Of a stretch of DNA of 64,000 nt, positions 39,931-49,305 are shown piece after piece (the first letter of the stretch is position 1; each line of letters begins with the position of its first letter). The notes under the pieces were generated by a model. It was not told the DNA's origin and made no database searches. It was given only the letters and a program-made list of their open reading frames with translations. The stretch comes from Candidatus Bathyarchaeia archaeon (GTDB lineage: Bacteria; Patescibacteriota; Microgenomatia; PFEM01; JAFGMK01). The translations under genes were made by a program, and so were the position numbers. The DNA lies in NCBI GenBank assembly GCA_035529595.1, contig DATKWK010000017.1, positions 314,961-378,960 of the forward strand, in the 5' to 3' direction.

Positions 39931-41250
39931 ATGGAAAAGAAACGTGTGGTTATCATTGGCGCTGCCGGTCGTGACTTTCATAATTTCAACACCGTTTATC
40001 GGGATAATAATGATTTTGAAGTCGTTGCTTTTACTGCCGCCCAGATCCCGGATATCGCCGGGAGAAAATATCCGGCCAGTCTTGCCGGGTGCTTATATCC
40101 GAAAGGGATTCCTATTCTTGATGAGAATGATTTGGAGAAAGTTATTATGAAGTATAATGTTGACGAATGCGTTTTGTCATATAGTGATCTCTCTTATGAT
40201 AACGTCATGCATCTTGGTTCGCGGGTAATGGCTGCCGGAGCTAAGTTTTCCCTGCTTGGGCCGAAACAAACGATGCTTAAAAGCAGTAAACCGGTTGTTG
40301 CCGTCCTGGCGGTCCGGACCGGTTGCGGTAAAAGTCAGACTTCAAGAAGGGTGGTGGAAATCCTCAAGGAAGCCGGAAAGAAAGTAGTTTCCATCCGCCA
40401 TCCAATGCCTTATGGTGATTTGGAGAAACAAAAAGTCCAGCGGTACGCTGAGATTAAAGATCTGGAAAAATACGATTGTACGATTGAGGAGATGGAAGAA
40501 TATGAGCCGCATATTGCTATGCAGAGCGTTATTTATGCCGGTGTTGATTACGAAGCGATTTTGCGTTTGGCAGAGAGGGAGGCTGATGTAATCGTTTGGG
40601 ACGGTGGCAATAACGATATGTCTTTTTACCGGCCTGATTTAACGATTGTTGTCGCTGATCCGCTTCGTGCCGGCCACGAGATGGCTTATTATCCGGGAGA
40701 AGTTAATTTTCGGTTAGCAGACGTGATCATTATCAATAAAATTGATGCGGCCAGTCCTGGTGACGTCAAAATTGTAGAAGATAACGCCAGAAAAGTTAAT
40801 CCGAAAGCTGAAATTATTAAGGCAGAATCAGTGCTGACAGTGGGAAAACCTGATCTGATTAAAGGGAAAAGAGTATTGGTAATCGAAGACGGCCCGACTT
40901 TGACTCATGGCGAAATGAAACTCGGTGCCGGTATAGTTGCCAGCCAAAGAAATGGCGCCAGGGAACTAGTCGACCCGCGTAAGTTCGCTGTTGGAAAGAT
41001 CAAAATGACTTACGAGCATTATCCGAATATCGGTACTCTTCTGCCGGCAATGGGTTATGGGCAGGAACAAATAAGAGATCTTGAGGAAACCATCAACCGG
41101 GTTGATTGCGATGCTGTGGTTATTGGCACACCAATCAATTTGGGCCGGTTTATTAAGATTAATAAACCGTTTACCAGGGTCAGTTACGAATTATCAGAGA
41201 AAGCTAAAATAGAATTGAAAAACTATATGGAGGAGAAAAAGTTAATCTAG
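39931..41250 (+). CDS. ArcE/cyclic-2,3-diphosphoglycerate-synthetase family P-loop enzyme (probable arginine synthetase)
   Basis: GAAGRDFHNFN, RTGCGKSQT, RHPMPYG, EE.EEYE, WDGGNND, EDGPTLTHG. Confidence 0.8.
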   Translation: MEKKRVVIIGAAGRDFHNFNTVYRDNNDFEVVAFTAAQIPDIAGRKYPASLAGCLYPKGIPILDENDLEKVIMKYNVDECVLSYSDLSYDNVMHLGSRVMAAGAKFSLLGPKQTMLKSSKPVVAVLAVRTGCGKSQTSRRVVEILKEAGKKVVSIRHPMPYGDLEKQKVQRYAEIKDLEKYDCTIEEMEEYEPHIAMQSVIYAGVDYEAILRLAEREADVIVWDGGNNDMSFYRPDLTIVVADPLRAGHEMAYYPGEVNFRLADVIIINKIDAASPGDVKIVEDNARKVNPKAEIIKAESVLTVGKPDLIKGKRVLVIEDGPTLTHGEMKLGAGIVASQRNGARELVDPRKFAVGKIKMTYEHYPNIGTLLPAMGYGQEQIRDLEETINRVDCDAVVIGTPINLGRFIKINKPFTRVSYELSEKAKIELKNYMEEKKLI

Positions 41251-41335
41251 AATATTGGCTGGTATGGCCTTCCGGTGGTAGATATTTTGAGACATCTAGT
41301 TTCCTATAAATATAAGAGTAATTCTATGTTTAAAT

Positions 41336-42154
41336 ATGGTTGAATTAACAGCTGGTGATAATTTATCAGAGTCAGGAGACTTTAGCCGTAAAAAGACAGC
41401 TTATTGTCAACATTTTGCCCTCTCGCATAAAGACGTGTTTCGAATTCATCAGGAGGCTGGCCTTTTAGGTTTGAAGAAAAGAGGAAGCCGTGAGTTTCGC
41501 AATGTTGCTGAACACTGTTTAGTTGCCGGTATTTTTGCTGATATTCTTTGCGAGTTAGCCGGTATGGGTCAAACAGAAAGAAATCGAGTCGTTAAGGCGG
41601 CAATTTTACATGACTGGAACAAGAGAGATGAAGTTAATAAATTGTCAAGGATATTAATTGATAAAAGCAAAATGAAAGGATATGCCAGATTATCTCTTCG
41701 AGATATCGAAGAGATTAAAACAACTCAAGCCGAATTTTTGAGAGGAAATGGTGTAGAAGCTGAAATTATTCGTTTGTCTCAGGCTAATATTCCGGAGACG
41801 GATGAAGGCCCTCAAACATTGACAGAAAAAATCGTCTGGTTTGTCGACGCCATGCTTTATGATACTGAGCCGGTAGCAGTTAGCCAAAGAATGAGTCAGT
41901 CTCAAAAACCAACCTGGGATTATACAGAAAATATTAGAATTGCTCGGAACCAGAGAATTAGTGAAGCGTATCGGGCAAGATATCGTGGTCGATCGCTTCT
42001 TGAAGTTCAACAGGCCCTAGCACCAAAGGTCAGTGCTGATATTGCCGAGGCGGTCGGTTATCAAGGCGAACCGGCTTTTTTACCAGAGTTTTTAAGAGAA
42101 CAATTTGTCCAGCGGGTCATGGGTTTTTCTGACGAAGCTAAAGCCGAAGGATAA
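41336..42154 (+). CDS. HD-domain phosphohydrolase
   Basis: EHC...ILHD...VD. Confidence 0.75.
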   Translation: MVELTAGDNLSESGDFSRKKTAYCQHFALSHKDVFRIHQEAGLLGLKKRGSREFRNVAEHCLVAGIFADILCELAGMGQTERNRVVKAAILHDWNKRDEVNKLSRILIDKSKMKGYARLSLRDIEEIKTTQAEFLRGNGVEAEIIRLSQANIPETDEGPQTLTEKIVWFVDAMLYDTEPVAVSQRMSQSQKPTWDYTENIRIARNQRISEAYRARYRGRSLLEVQQALAPKVSADIAEAVGYQGEPAFLPEFLREQFVQRVMGFSDEAKAEG

Positions 42155-42202
42155 GTATTCAGAAATAATTGAACTGAAAGAAAATTAGGCAATTAGACGA
42201 TT

Positions 42203-43327
42203 ATGAATATTAAGGGTAAACACTATCGAACAATTTGGCTGAAAGACGATAAAACTGTCCAAATAATCGATCAACGGTTTCTTCCTCATCAATTTATCAT
42301 CGAAGAATTGAAGGACGTCGATGAAGTTGCCCGGGCAATAAAGGAAATGCATGTCAGGGGAGCCGGGTTGATCGGGGCAACCGCCGGTTTTGGAGTTTAT
42401 CTCGCCGCCATAACTGCACCGAGGAAAGATTTTGACCGGTTTCTTCAGCTTGCCTCAAAAAGATTGATTGCTACCCGGCCGACAGCGGCCAATCTTAGAT
42501 GGGCGGTTGACAGGCAGCTTAGAAATATAGCTCTTGGTAAGACGGTTCAAGAAAAGATAATAATTGCCAAAAAAAACGCTACTGAAATTGCTGACGAAGA
42601 TGCGATGTTTTGCCGGAGGATCGGTGATTACGGCTTGAAAATTATCAAAAAAATAAGCAAGAAGAAGAAAGGACCGGTTAATATCCTGACTCACTGCAAC
42701 GCCGGCTGGTTGGCATTTGTTGATTACGGTTCGGCAACAGCGCCAATTTATCGGGCTTTTGATAGCGGGATTAAGGTGCATGTTTGGGTAGACGAGACCC
42801 GGCCCAGAAACCAAGGATCCAGATTAACCGCTTGGGAACTTCAGAAACACGGTGTACCCTATACCGTGATTGCCGATAATGTCGGTGGTCATTTAATGCA
42901 GCACGGACGGGTCGATCTGGTTATTGTCGGAACTGACAGGACAACCTATACCGGGGATGTTGCCAACAAAATCGGAACCTATCTTAAGGCTTTAGCAGCC
43001 AAAGACAACCGGATTCCTTTTTATGTAGCTCTTCCGTCGTCAACTTTTGATTGGAAAATAAAAGACGGAGTTAAGGATATTCCGATTGAGGAGAGAGGTT
43101 CAGAAGAGGTTAAATATATTCAAGGCTTATGTGAGGGGTCTATTAAAGAGGTTCTTTTGACCCCCAAAGAAAGTCATACGGCGAATTACGCTTTCGATGT
43201 GACGCCGGCCCGTCTTATTACCGGTTTAATTACCGAAAGGGGAATTTGTAAACCCAACAAACAAAGTATCTTGAAACTATATCCTGAATTTAAAAAAGTA
43301 GTAAAAGAAGATCTGAAAAATGAATAA
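42203..43327 (+). CDS. mtnA: S-methyl-5-thioribose-1-phosphate isomerase
   Basis: VRGAGLIG, RPTA, THCNAG, DETRPRNQG, ANKIGTY, FDVTP. Confidence 0.92.
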   Translation: MNIKGKHYRTIWLKDDKTVQIIDQRFLPHQFIIEELKDVDEVARAIKEMHVRGAGLIGATAGFGVYLAAITAPRKDFDRFLQLASKRLIATRPTAANLRWAVDRQLRNIALGKTVQEKIIIAKKNATEIADEDAMFCRRIGDYGLKIIKKISKKKKGPVNILTHCNAGWLAFVDYGSATAPIYRAFDSGIKVHVWVDETRPRNQGSRLTAWELQKHGVPYTVIADNVGGHLMQHGRVDLVIVGTDRTTYTGDVANKIGTYLKALAAKDNRIPFYVALPSSTFDWKIKDGVKDIPIEERGSEEVKYIQGLCEGSIKEVLLTPKESHTANYAFDVTPARLITGLITERGICKPNKQSILKLYPEFKKVVKEDLKNE

Positions 43328-44309
43328 GGTCTATTTCTTAAAAGGTTTTAGTCGATTAGAATCAGTATCCAAAAAACTACTAGCAGGCTTTTATCGTCCG
43401 AAATCAAAGATATTGGTCAAACTGCACTTTGGCGAGCCGGGCAATCAGACCGCTTTTTTCCCCAAGGATATTAAGCCGATTGTAAATGCTTTAAAATCTC
43501 TCAAGCTTAAACCGATATTGATTGATACCCCGGTGGTCTATAATTCACTCCGAAATACGGTTGAAGGTTATACTAACGTACTCAGACAAAGAGGTTTTGA
43601 CAAGCTGGCGCCATTTGTTATTTCTGATCAGTTTATTAAGGTTAAAACCAAAGATTTTACCGCCGAAGTTTGCCGGGAGTTGGTTGAGGCAAATGGAGTT
43701 TTAGTTGTTTCCCACGTCAAGGGACATGGTTGTTCCGGATTTGGTGGTGCCATTAAAAACCTGGGTATGGGCGGTGTCAGTAAAAAAACCAAGGGAATAG
43801 AGCATGACTTAAGTAAGCCTAAGTTTGTTTCCGCATGCCGGGGTTGCGGAACTTGTGCCTCAGTTTGTCCGGCTGGGGCAATCAAGATGTTAAACGATAA
43901 AGCGGAGATTGATCTTAAGCGATGTTATGGTTGTTCCCTATGTGGAATAGTTTGTCCCTATAAATGTTTAGCACCCAAAAAAAGGAGTTTCGATGATCTA
44001 TTAGCTCAGGGAGCAGCGGCGGTAATCAATCATTTACCCCCAAAAACCTTTTATGTTAACGTGATTAAAAATGTTACCAAAGATTGTGATTGTGCCACTG
44101 ATTCAGGTAAAATTGTCGCTGGCGATTTAGGTGTTTTATTTTCCGAAAACCCGGTCGCCATCGATAAAGCCAGCATTGACTTACTGCGCCAAGCCAATAA
44201 ACGAGAAGTTTTCGAAGAAATCACCCACAAAAATCCTCTTTTGCACGTCAACTATACTGCTGGTTATATTGGTAATAACTTAAGTTATTCGCTGCTTTTA
44301 GTCTCCTAA
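43320..44309 (+). CDS. DUF362 protein with 2x[4Fe-4S] ferredoxin domain
   Basis: KLHFGE, HVKGH, GGAIKNLGMG, two CxxCxxCxxxCP motifs, CDC. Confidence 0.85.
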   Translation: MNKVYFLKGFSRLESVSKKLLAGFYRPKSKILVKLHFGEPGNQTAFFPKDIKPIVNALKSLKLKPILIDTPVVYNSLRNTVEGYTNVLRQRGFDKLAPFVISDQFIKVKTKDFTAEVCRELVEANGVLVVSHVKGHGCSGFGGAIKNLGMGGVSKKTKGIEHDLSKPKFVSACRGCGTCASVCPAGAIKMLNDKAEIDLKRCYGCSLCGIVCPYKCLAPKKRSFDDLLAQGAAAVINHLPPKTFYVNVIKNVTKDCDCATDSGKIVAGDLGVLFSENPVAIDKASIDLLRQANKREVFEEITHKNPLLHVNYTAGYIGNNLSYSLLLVS

Positions 44310-45067
44310 TGCTTATTTGTTAAACGGGCTGTGATAAAAATAAGTCCCTCATAGCCTTGATCGTATTCATTAGGAACACTACAAATTTTTATGTCACGAT
44401 AACCCAATTTGGAAAGACAGTTCTTCATGTATACCTCGTTAACTGGAAAACCGGCAAAAAAGGCGTTGCCTGACCGCCAGAAAGTGGCGTTTTTGCAGAC
44501 AAATTGGAGCAGCCAGCCTCCGGGTTTAAGTAAAAAAGTAATACTGCTCATATAGCTCTTAAATTCCTGGTCCCGGGAAGCGACAGCCTCGGTTACACCG
44601 CCGATGTAGACAACATCAAATGGTGGGTAGACTTGCGGGAAAAGCGGATTTTTTAGGCGGATGTCGCAAAAATTCAGTTTTAGGATGGAATTTATAACGC
44701 GCAGTTTCAGATGTTTGCGATTTATCCGGGTTTGACTTTTTCCCTCTAGTTTAAGAACGTAATTCAAAAATTTATCCCAATCGTAGGCAACGGGCTGATT
44801 TTCTAGCCATTTTTTCACCTCTACCAGATTTCTGTCAAGAAAATCAGTAAAAACGATTTTATTACCATAGTTGCTGGCGCTCAGAAGATGATAGATAGTT
44901 GGTCCGCCGCCGATTTCTAAAACTCTTTTTGGGCCGCCAATTTTTTTATACGCTTTGTGGATAAATTCAAGCAGAGCCTGATTTTCCGACCCGATCTCGG
45001 CATAGTACTCTTTTAAATACTCGTGCACTGAGAAGTATTTTCGGAAATTGCGTGTTTTTGTTTTCAT
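44306..45067 (-). CDS. NNMT/PNMT/TEMT-family methyltransferase
   Basis: F...EYLKEYY, EIGGGPTIY.LLSA, DFLDRN, YDW, LLKPGG. Confidence 0.8.
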   Translation of the reverse strand: MKTKTRNFRKYFSVHEYLKEYYAEIGSENQALLEFIHKAYKKIGGPKRVLEIGGGPTIYHLLSASNYGNKIVFTDFLDRNLVEVKKWLENQPVAYDWDKFLNYVLKLEGKSQTRINRKHLKLRVINSILKLNFCDIRLKNPLFPQVYPPFDVVYIGGVTEAVASRDQEFKSYMSSITFLLKPGGWLLQFVCKNATFWRSGNAFFAGFPVNEVYMKNCLSKLGYRDIKICSVPNEYDQGYEGLIFITARLTNKH

Positions 45068-45109
45068 TGTTGACAGATTGTAAACCATAATGTTATGATA
45101 GTCACGTTG

Positions 45110-45925
45110 ATGTCCGATAAATCAGACAACCTGATTAGCCTGATTATGCCTCTTGGTATTAATCAAGATGAGGCGAGAGTTTACTTGTATTTGCTTGAAA
45201 AAGGGACAAAAACAGCCCTCCAGTTAAGTCGCGACCTCCATATTGCCAGGACAAGAGTGTATCGGATATTGGACAAGTTGATTGAAAAGGGCTTAGTCAG
45301 TCAAAAACTTGAAGATACGGGAAAAAGATTTTTAGCTAATTCATACCATCAACTGAATTTATTATTAAAACAGCGAGAGCATGAAGTCCAGGCTCTTAGG
45401 GAATCTATACCAGTAATATTTAAGGAGCTTGAGAAGTTAGCCGCTTCTGGTAAAGAACCGTCTCACGTTCTCTATTACAGTGGCGTTAAAGGATTAAAAC
45501 AGGTAACCTGGAATTCTCTGAAAGCTAAAGACGAGCTTTTAATTTACGAAATTGCTGATATGGCAGCCTTTTTGAATTATGGCTTTTGCGAAAAAGTCCG
45601 TGAAGAATATGTAAGAAGAAAAATCTATATTCGAGAACTTACTAATTTAAGCCACCTGCCTGCCTGGACTAAGATAAAGGACTTGGTAAAAAATTATTGG
45701 CAAGTGCGGTATATTGACTCGAGAGAACTCCCGATAAAGTTTGAGGTTCTGGTTTATAACGATGTCTATGCTATGTATAATTATCAGGAAGATGATATAT
45801 TCTGTATTGAAGTTTATAACCGAGATTTAGCTGATATGCAAAAACGGCTTTTTAATTTTGCCTGGAAACGTGCCCTTAAAATAAAGATTTTAAATAATGA
45901 AGGAGAAGCACAGTTAACTAATTAA
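45110..45925 (+). CDS. TrmB-family transcriptional regulator
   Basis: EARVY..LL...RTRVYRIL..L.EKGLV; C-terminal PLD-like effector domain. Confidence 0.85.
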   Translation: MSDKSDNLISLIMPLGINQDEARVYLYLLEKGTKTALQLSRDLHIARTRVYRILDKLIEKGLVSQKLEDTGKRFLANSYHQLNLLLKQREHEVQALRESIPVIFKELEKLAASGKEPSHVLYYSGVKGLKQVTWNSLKAKDELLIYEIADMAAFLNYGFCEKVREEYVRRKIYIRELTNLSHLPAWTKIKDLVKNYWQVRYIDSRELPIKFEVLVYNDVYAMYNYQEDDIFCIEVYNRDLADMQKRLFNFAWKRALKIKILNNEGEAQLTN

Positions 45926-46063
45926 CTGCTGATCCATAATTCGTTCGGATCGGAAATTTGATGTCCTTCCTCAAAACTCTTCCCAGCTTTTATAAACTTG
46001 CATTCATTACACAATTGTGTAATAATAAGAAAATTCAAAAGTAACCCAGTCTGAAGATATAAA

Positions 46064-46480
46064 ATGTTAAGACCAAATTCGTTATACCCGGAACTAGTTG
46101 TAGGAGCACTTATTTTTAATCCTAAAGGCCAGATATTATTAATGAAGTCCAGGAAATGGAGAAACCAATACGTGATACCGGGTGGTCACCTTGATCTGGG
46201 AGAGAAAGTTGAACAGGCTCTGAAAAGAGAAATTAAAGAAGAAACCAGTTTAAATATTTACAGTTTGAAATTTCTCAATTTTCGAGAGGCGGTTTTTGAT
46301 AAGCATGGTTGGAATAATAGACATTTAATTTTTTTTAACTATATTGCTAAGACTGGTTCTCTGGATGTAAAACTCAATTCTGAAGCCCAAGAATATTGTT
46401 GGGTAAGTTTAGATGAGGCACTGAGGTTACCATTATTGACTTATACCAGAAAAACAATCGAAGATTATAAATCTAGTTAG
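46064..46480 (+). CDS. NUDIX hydrolase
   Basis: PGGHLDLGE...REIKEET. Confidence 0.88.
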   Translation: MLRPNSLYPELVVGALIFNPKGQILLMKSRKWRNQYVIPGGHLDLGEKVEQALKREIKEETSLNIYSLKFLNFREAVFDKHGWNNRHLIFFNYIAKTGSLDVKLNSEAQEYCWVSLDEALRLPLLTYTRKTIEDYKSS

Positions 46481-46495
46481 ATTATTATTAAAGCT

Positions 46496-48679
46496 ATGAT
46501 TCGTAATCAAGTATTACTGACACCGGAACTGGTTTCCGAAATAAAAAAAATTGCCAGAAAACAGGGGCTTTCACAATCAGAGGTTATTAGGAAGCTCCTC
46601 GGTCGGGCCTTGGCTTTCGATGAAGGTGGTAATTTTAAAAAGGCGGCGACTCTAAGTGCTACCGGTATTTATGATTTATCTACTTTTGATTTTAAGAATC
46701 CGCGAATTGATGGTTTTAAGGAAATATTTTCTGTTGGTGGAAAAACTCCGGAGATTAAAATTGTTGGCGATGAAGTTTTTAGACACTACTTCAAATTCAA
46801 AAAATTTCCGTCAGGATTTGAATACCAGGTAGTGAAATTAAGCACTGATCTTAAGAAATTCTCGCTTAATAAAAAATTAGTTGTTCGGCGAGCCTACGTC
46901 GTTCCCGGCCTTGCAAATCCACCCGGGCCGAGGTTTTTAGGTTTAGATACGCATAAAGTGACTAAGGCAATAAAGAAAATTTTTGGTTTTGCTATTGAGC
47001 ACGAATATCATCTGGCGGAGAATTCTCAAATTTGTGCCTTTTTTTATCCCTTTGATGATCCGAGGCCAGTAGCCTCGTTACTAGAGTCGGATTTAATCCT
47101 ACCTTATGGCGGATATGCGGCTCCCTTGAACCGGCTAGCCTCGCGGGTTGAAGTTTTTGCAGTTTGGGGTAACAACGAAGGCGTTCAATCGTTCGACACA
47201 ATTGATAGGTATATTGTTGATGCTGAAAGAGACATTATCTCCGAAAAAGAAATTCCCCAAAAAACATTGATGTTTTGTACTACCAAAAAGTCTCAATCAG
47301 AAAAAATTGCCGTTCCTCAAAATAGGCAATTCGAACAAGTTTTAAGTGATAGCGAGATTCTCGAAGTAGGCAGAGTAGTTAAAGAATTGACCGCTAAATA
47401 CGGTTTGCGGCGAGTGGAATTTTCTTTCGACGGAAAAGAAACGATTACTTTTAATGAGTCCGTTCCTTATGAAATTGCTCCTCAAAAATTAGAAAGCATT
47501 GACCGACGCGGATTTATTAAAATTATCTCCTCAGAAAAAGATATTGAGGTATTAAGGAAACTCAAACTCAAACAGGTTGCCAAAGTTATTGTTTATATTG
47601 ATAAGGCTATTGTTGAAAATCGTGCTTATGATATTTTAAACAGTGTTGCCGGCTTGCCTAATAAATTTACAGTTTTATACCCCGGTCTTTCCGCTACCGC
47701 CCATGCGATGAGGATTCTTAATGATTTTGGCCATACGGCAATCGTCGTTGGCAACCGGATTTTTAAAGAAGGCGAAGAGGTGATTATCAGAGCTAAGGAT
47801 ACACAGATTGAGATTAAGGTGATTTCAAGAAAAAGCCTTAAGAATCTGATGGTTCATCTTTATGACGCAAAATTATACGGTAAAGAGCTGGTGGGCGGTA
47901 AGGCCACTAACCTTTCACTGCTTAAATCCAAGGGATTTAATGTGCCTCATGGTTGGGTTTTGACAACCTCTTTTTTCGATCAAATCGTTTCCCGGTCAAT
48001 TGACAGTCATAGCTTACGGCAATTAGAGCAAGGTCAACTTTATCACAGTAGCTTTGTTAAAAAACTTTCAGAATTCAATTTTGATATTCCTCAGGCGTGG
48101 TGGATTAAGTTCAAAAAGGCCGGTCAATTTTCTCCTAAAAAAAAGTATGCCGTTCGTTCCTCAGCTACGGTTGAAGATCAGCTAGAACACTCTTTTGCCG
48201 GTCAGTTTAAAACTTTTTTGAATGTCGGGGGGAACCGAATAACAACAAATGTTTCAGCGGTCATAAAAAGTACTTTTAGCGATCGAGTCGCCCAATATCT
48301 TTCCGCCCTGAAAAGATCCTGGTCGATAAAGATGGCGGTAATTATCCAGGAGATGGTCGAAGCGGAAAAGTCAGGCGTCATTTTTGGTAAAGACATTCAG
48401 ACCGGCAATGAAGACTTATTAATAATTGACACCGCTCCCGGCTTGGGTGAAGGAGTGGTTGAAGGAACTGCGAAAACGCAAAGAATTATCTATTCACGAA
48501 GTAAAGATGCTATTCTTGACCAAAATCAATCTCCAAAATTTCTCTCACGAATAGAAATTGACTCTCTGGTTGAAATGGCTTTAAGCGTCGAAAGAATGAT
48601 GGGTGAAACTCAAGATATTGAATGGGCGATTGATAAAAAGAACAATATTTGGTTAATCCAAACTAGAAGCCTGCGATAG
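46496..48679 (+). CDS. RHH-fused PEP-utilising/dikinase-like protein
   Basis: N-terminal SQSEVIR (RHH), His-swivel-like ATAHAM..DFG, C-terminal GGKATNL, VRSSATVED..SFAGQ, DIEWA..QTR. Confidence 0.75.
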   Translation: MIRNQVLLTPELVSEIKKIARKQGLSQSEVIRKLLGRALAFDEGGNFKKAATLSATGIYDLSTFDFKNPRIDGFKEIFSVGGKTPEIKIVGDEVFRHYFKFKKFPSGFEYQVVKLSTDLKKFSLNKKLVVRRAYVVPGLANPPGPRFLGLDTHKVTKAIKKIFGFAIEHEYHLAENSQICAFFYPFDDPRPVASLLESDLILPYGGYAAPLNRLASRVEVFAVWGNNEGVQSFDTIDRYIVDAERDIISEKEIPQKTLMFCTTKKSQSEKIAVPQNRQFEQVLSDSEILEVGRVVKELTAKYGLRRVEFSFDGKETITFNESVPYEIAPQKLESIDRRGFIKIISSEKDIEVLRKLKLKQVAKVIVYIDKAIVENRAYDILNSVAGLPNKFTVLYPGLSATAHAMRILNDFGHTAIVVGNRIFKEGEEVIIRAKDTQIEIKVISRKSLKNLMVHLYDAKLYGKELVGGKATNLSLLKSKGFNVPHGWVLTTSFFDQIVSRSIDSHSLRQLEQGQLYHSSFVKKLSEFNFDIPQAWWIKFKKAGQFSPKKKYAVRSSATVEDQLEHSFAGQFKTFLNVGGNRITTNVSAVIKSTFSDRVAQYLSALKRSWSIKMAVIIQEMVEAEKSGVIFGKDIQTGNEDLLIIDTAPGLGEGVVEGTAKTQRIIYSRSKDAILDQNQSPKFLSRIEIDSLVEMALSVERMMGETQDIEWAIDKKNNIWLIQTRSLR

Positions 48680-48773
48680 GTAATTTTGACGTTCCTAACA
48701 GCAAGAACTGCATTTTCCCCATTATTAGGAAAAAAATACTTTATACATTCCACATAACTATTCTACATAGCTG

Positions 48774-48926
48774 AGACTGTTGAATAACTGCCTGTCATTC
48801 TGAGTGGGTCAAAATTTAGACCCTGAAGAATCCAGGTACGAAGTACCGTTGATTACGCTTCGCTAGATCCTTCAGTCGAAGCTTCGACCTCAGGATGACA
48901 ATTGTAAAAACGATATTCAACAGTCT
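48774..48926. mobile_element. MITE-like nested palindromic element
   Basis: 13-bp terminal IR AGACTGTTGAATA/TATTCAACAGTCT; inner TGTCATTCTGAG...CTCAGGATGACA. Confidence 0.7.
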
Positions 48927-48940
48927 TATATAGCTAGCTC

Positions 48941-48992
48941 TTGACAGAACGTTAATTTATAGATTAATGTAACCTGCACCTATGGTATAGGT
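48941..48992 (+). promoter_or_regulatory. csoR promoter and putative operator
   Basis: TTGACA at 48941; palindrome ACCTAT-GGT-ATAGGT at 48978-48992. Confidence 0.6.
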
Positions 48993-49011
48993 AATAAGAA
49001 AGGAGAAATTT

Positions 49012-49299
49012 ATGGAAAACAAGAAAACGGAAAGCAAAAAACAAGCTTCACTTCTGAATTTTAAAAAAGCCCGAAGCCATATCGGTAAGATTATCAAGAT
49101 GATTGAAAAAGACGCTTACTGTGTTGATATTATGCAGCAAAATTTGGCGGTTATCGGTTTATTGAGATCCGCTCATCAGAAACTGATGGAAAATCATTTA
49201 AATACCTGCTTTATCAAAGCCCTGGATTCAAGAAATACGCAAAAAAAGGAAAAAATGGTTCAGGAGATATTAAAAGTAGCCAGCTTATTTAACCGGTAA
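49012..49299 (+). CDS. csoR: CsoR-family metal-sensing repressor
   Basis: YC.DI..Q...H...C ligand pattern. Confidence 0.88.
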   Translation: MENKKTESKKQASLLNFKKARSHIGKIIKMIEKDAYCVDIMQQNLAVIGLLRSAHQKLMENHLNTCFIKALDSRNTQKKEKMVQEILKVASLFNR

Positions 49300-49305
49300 A
49301 TAATA

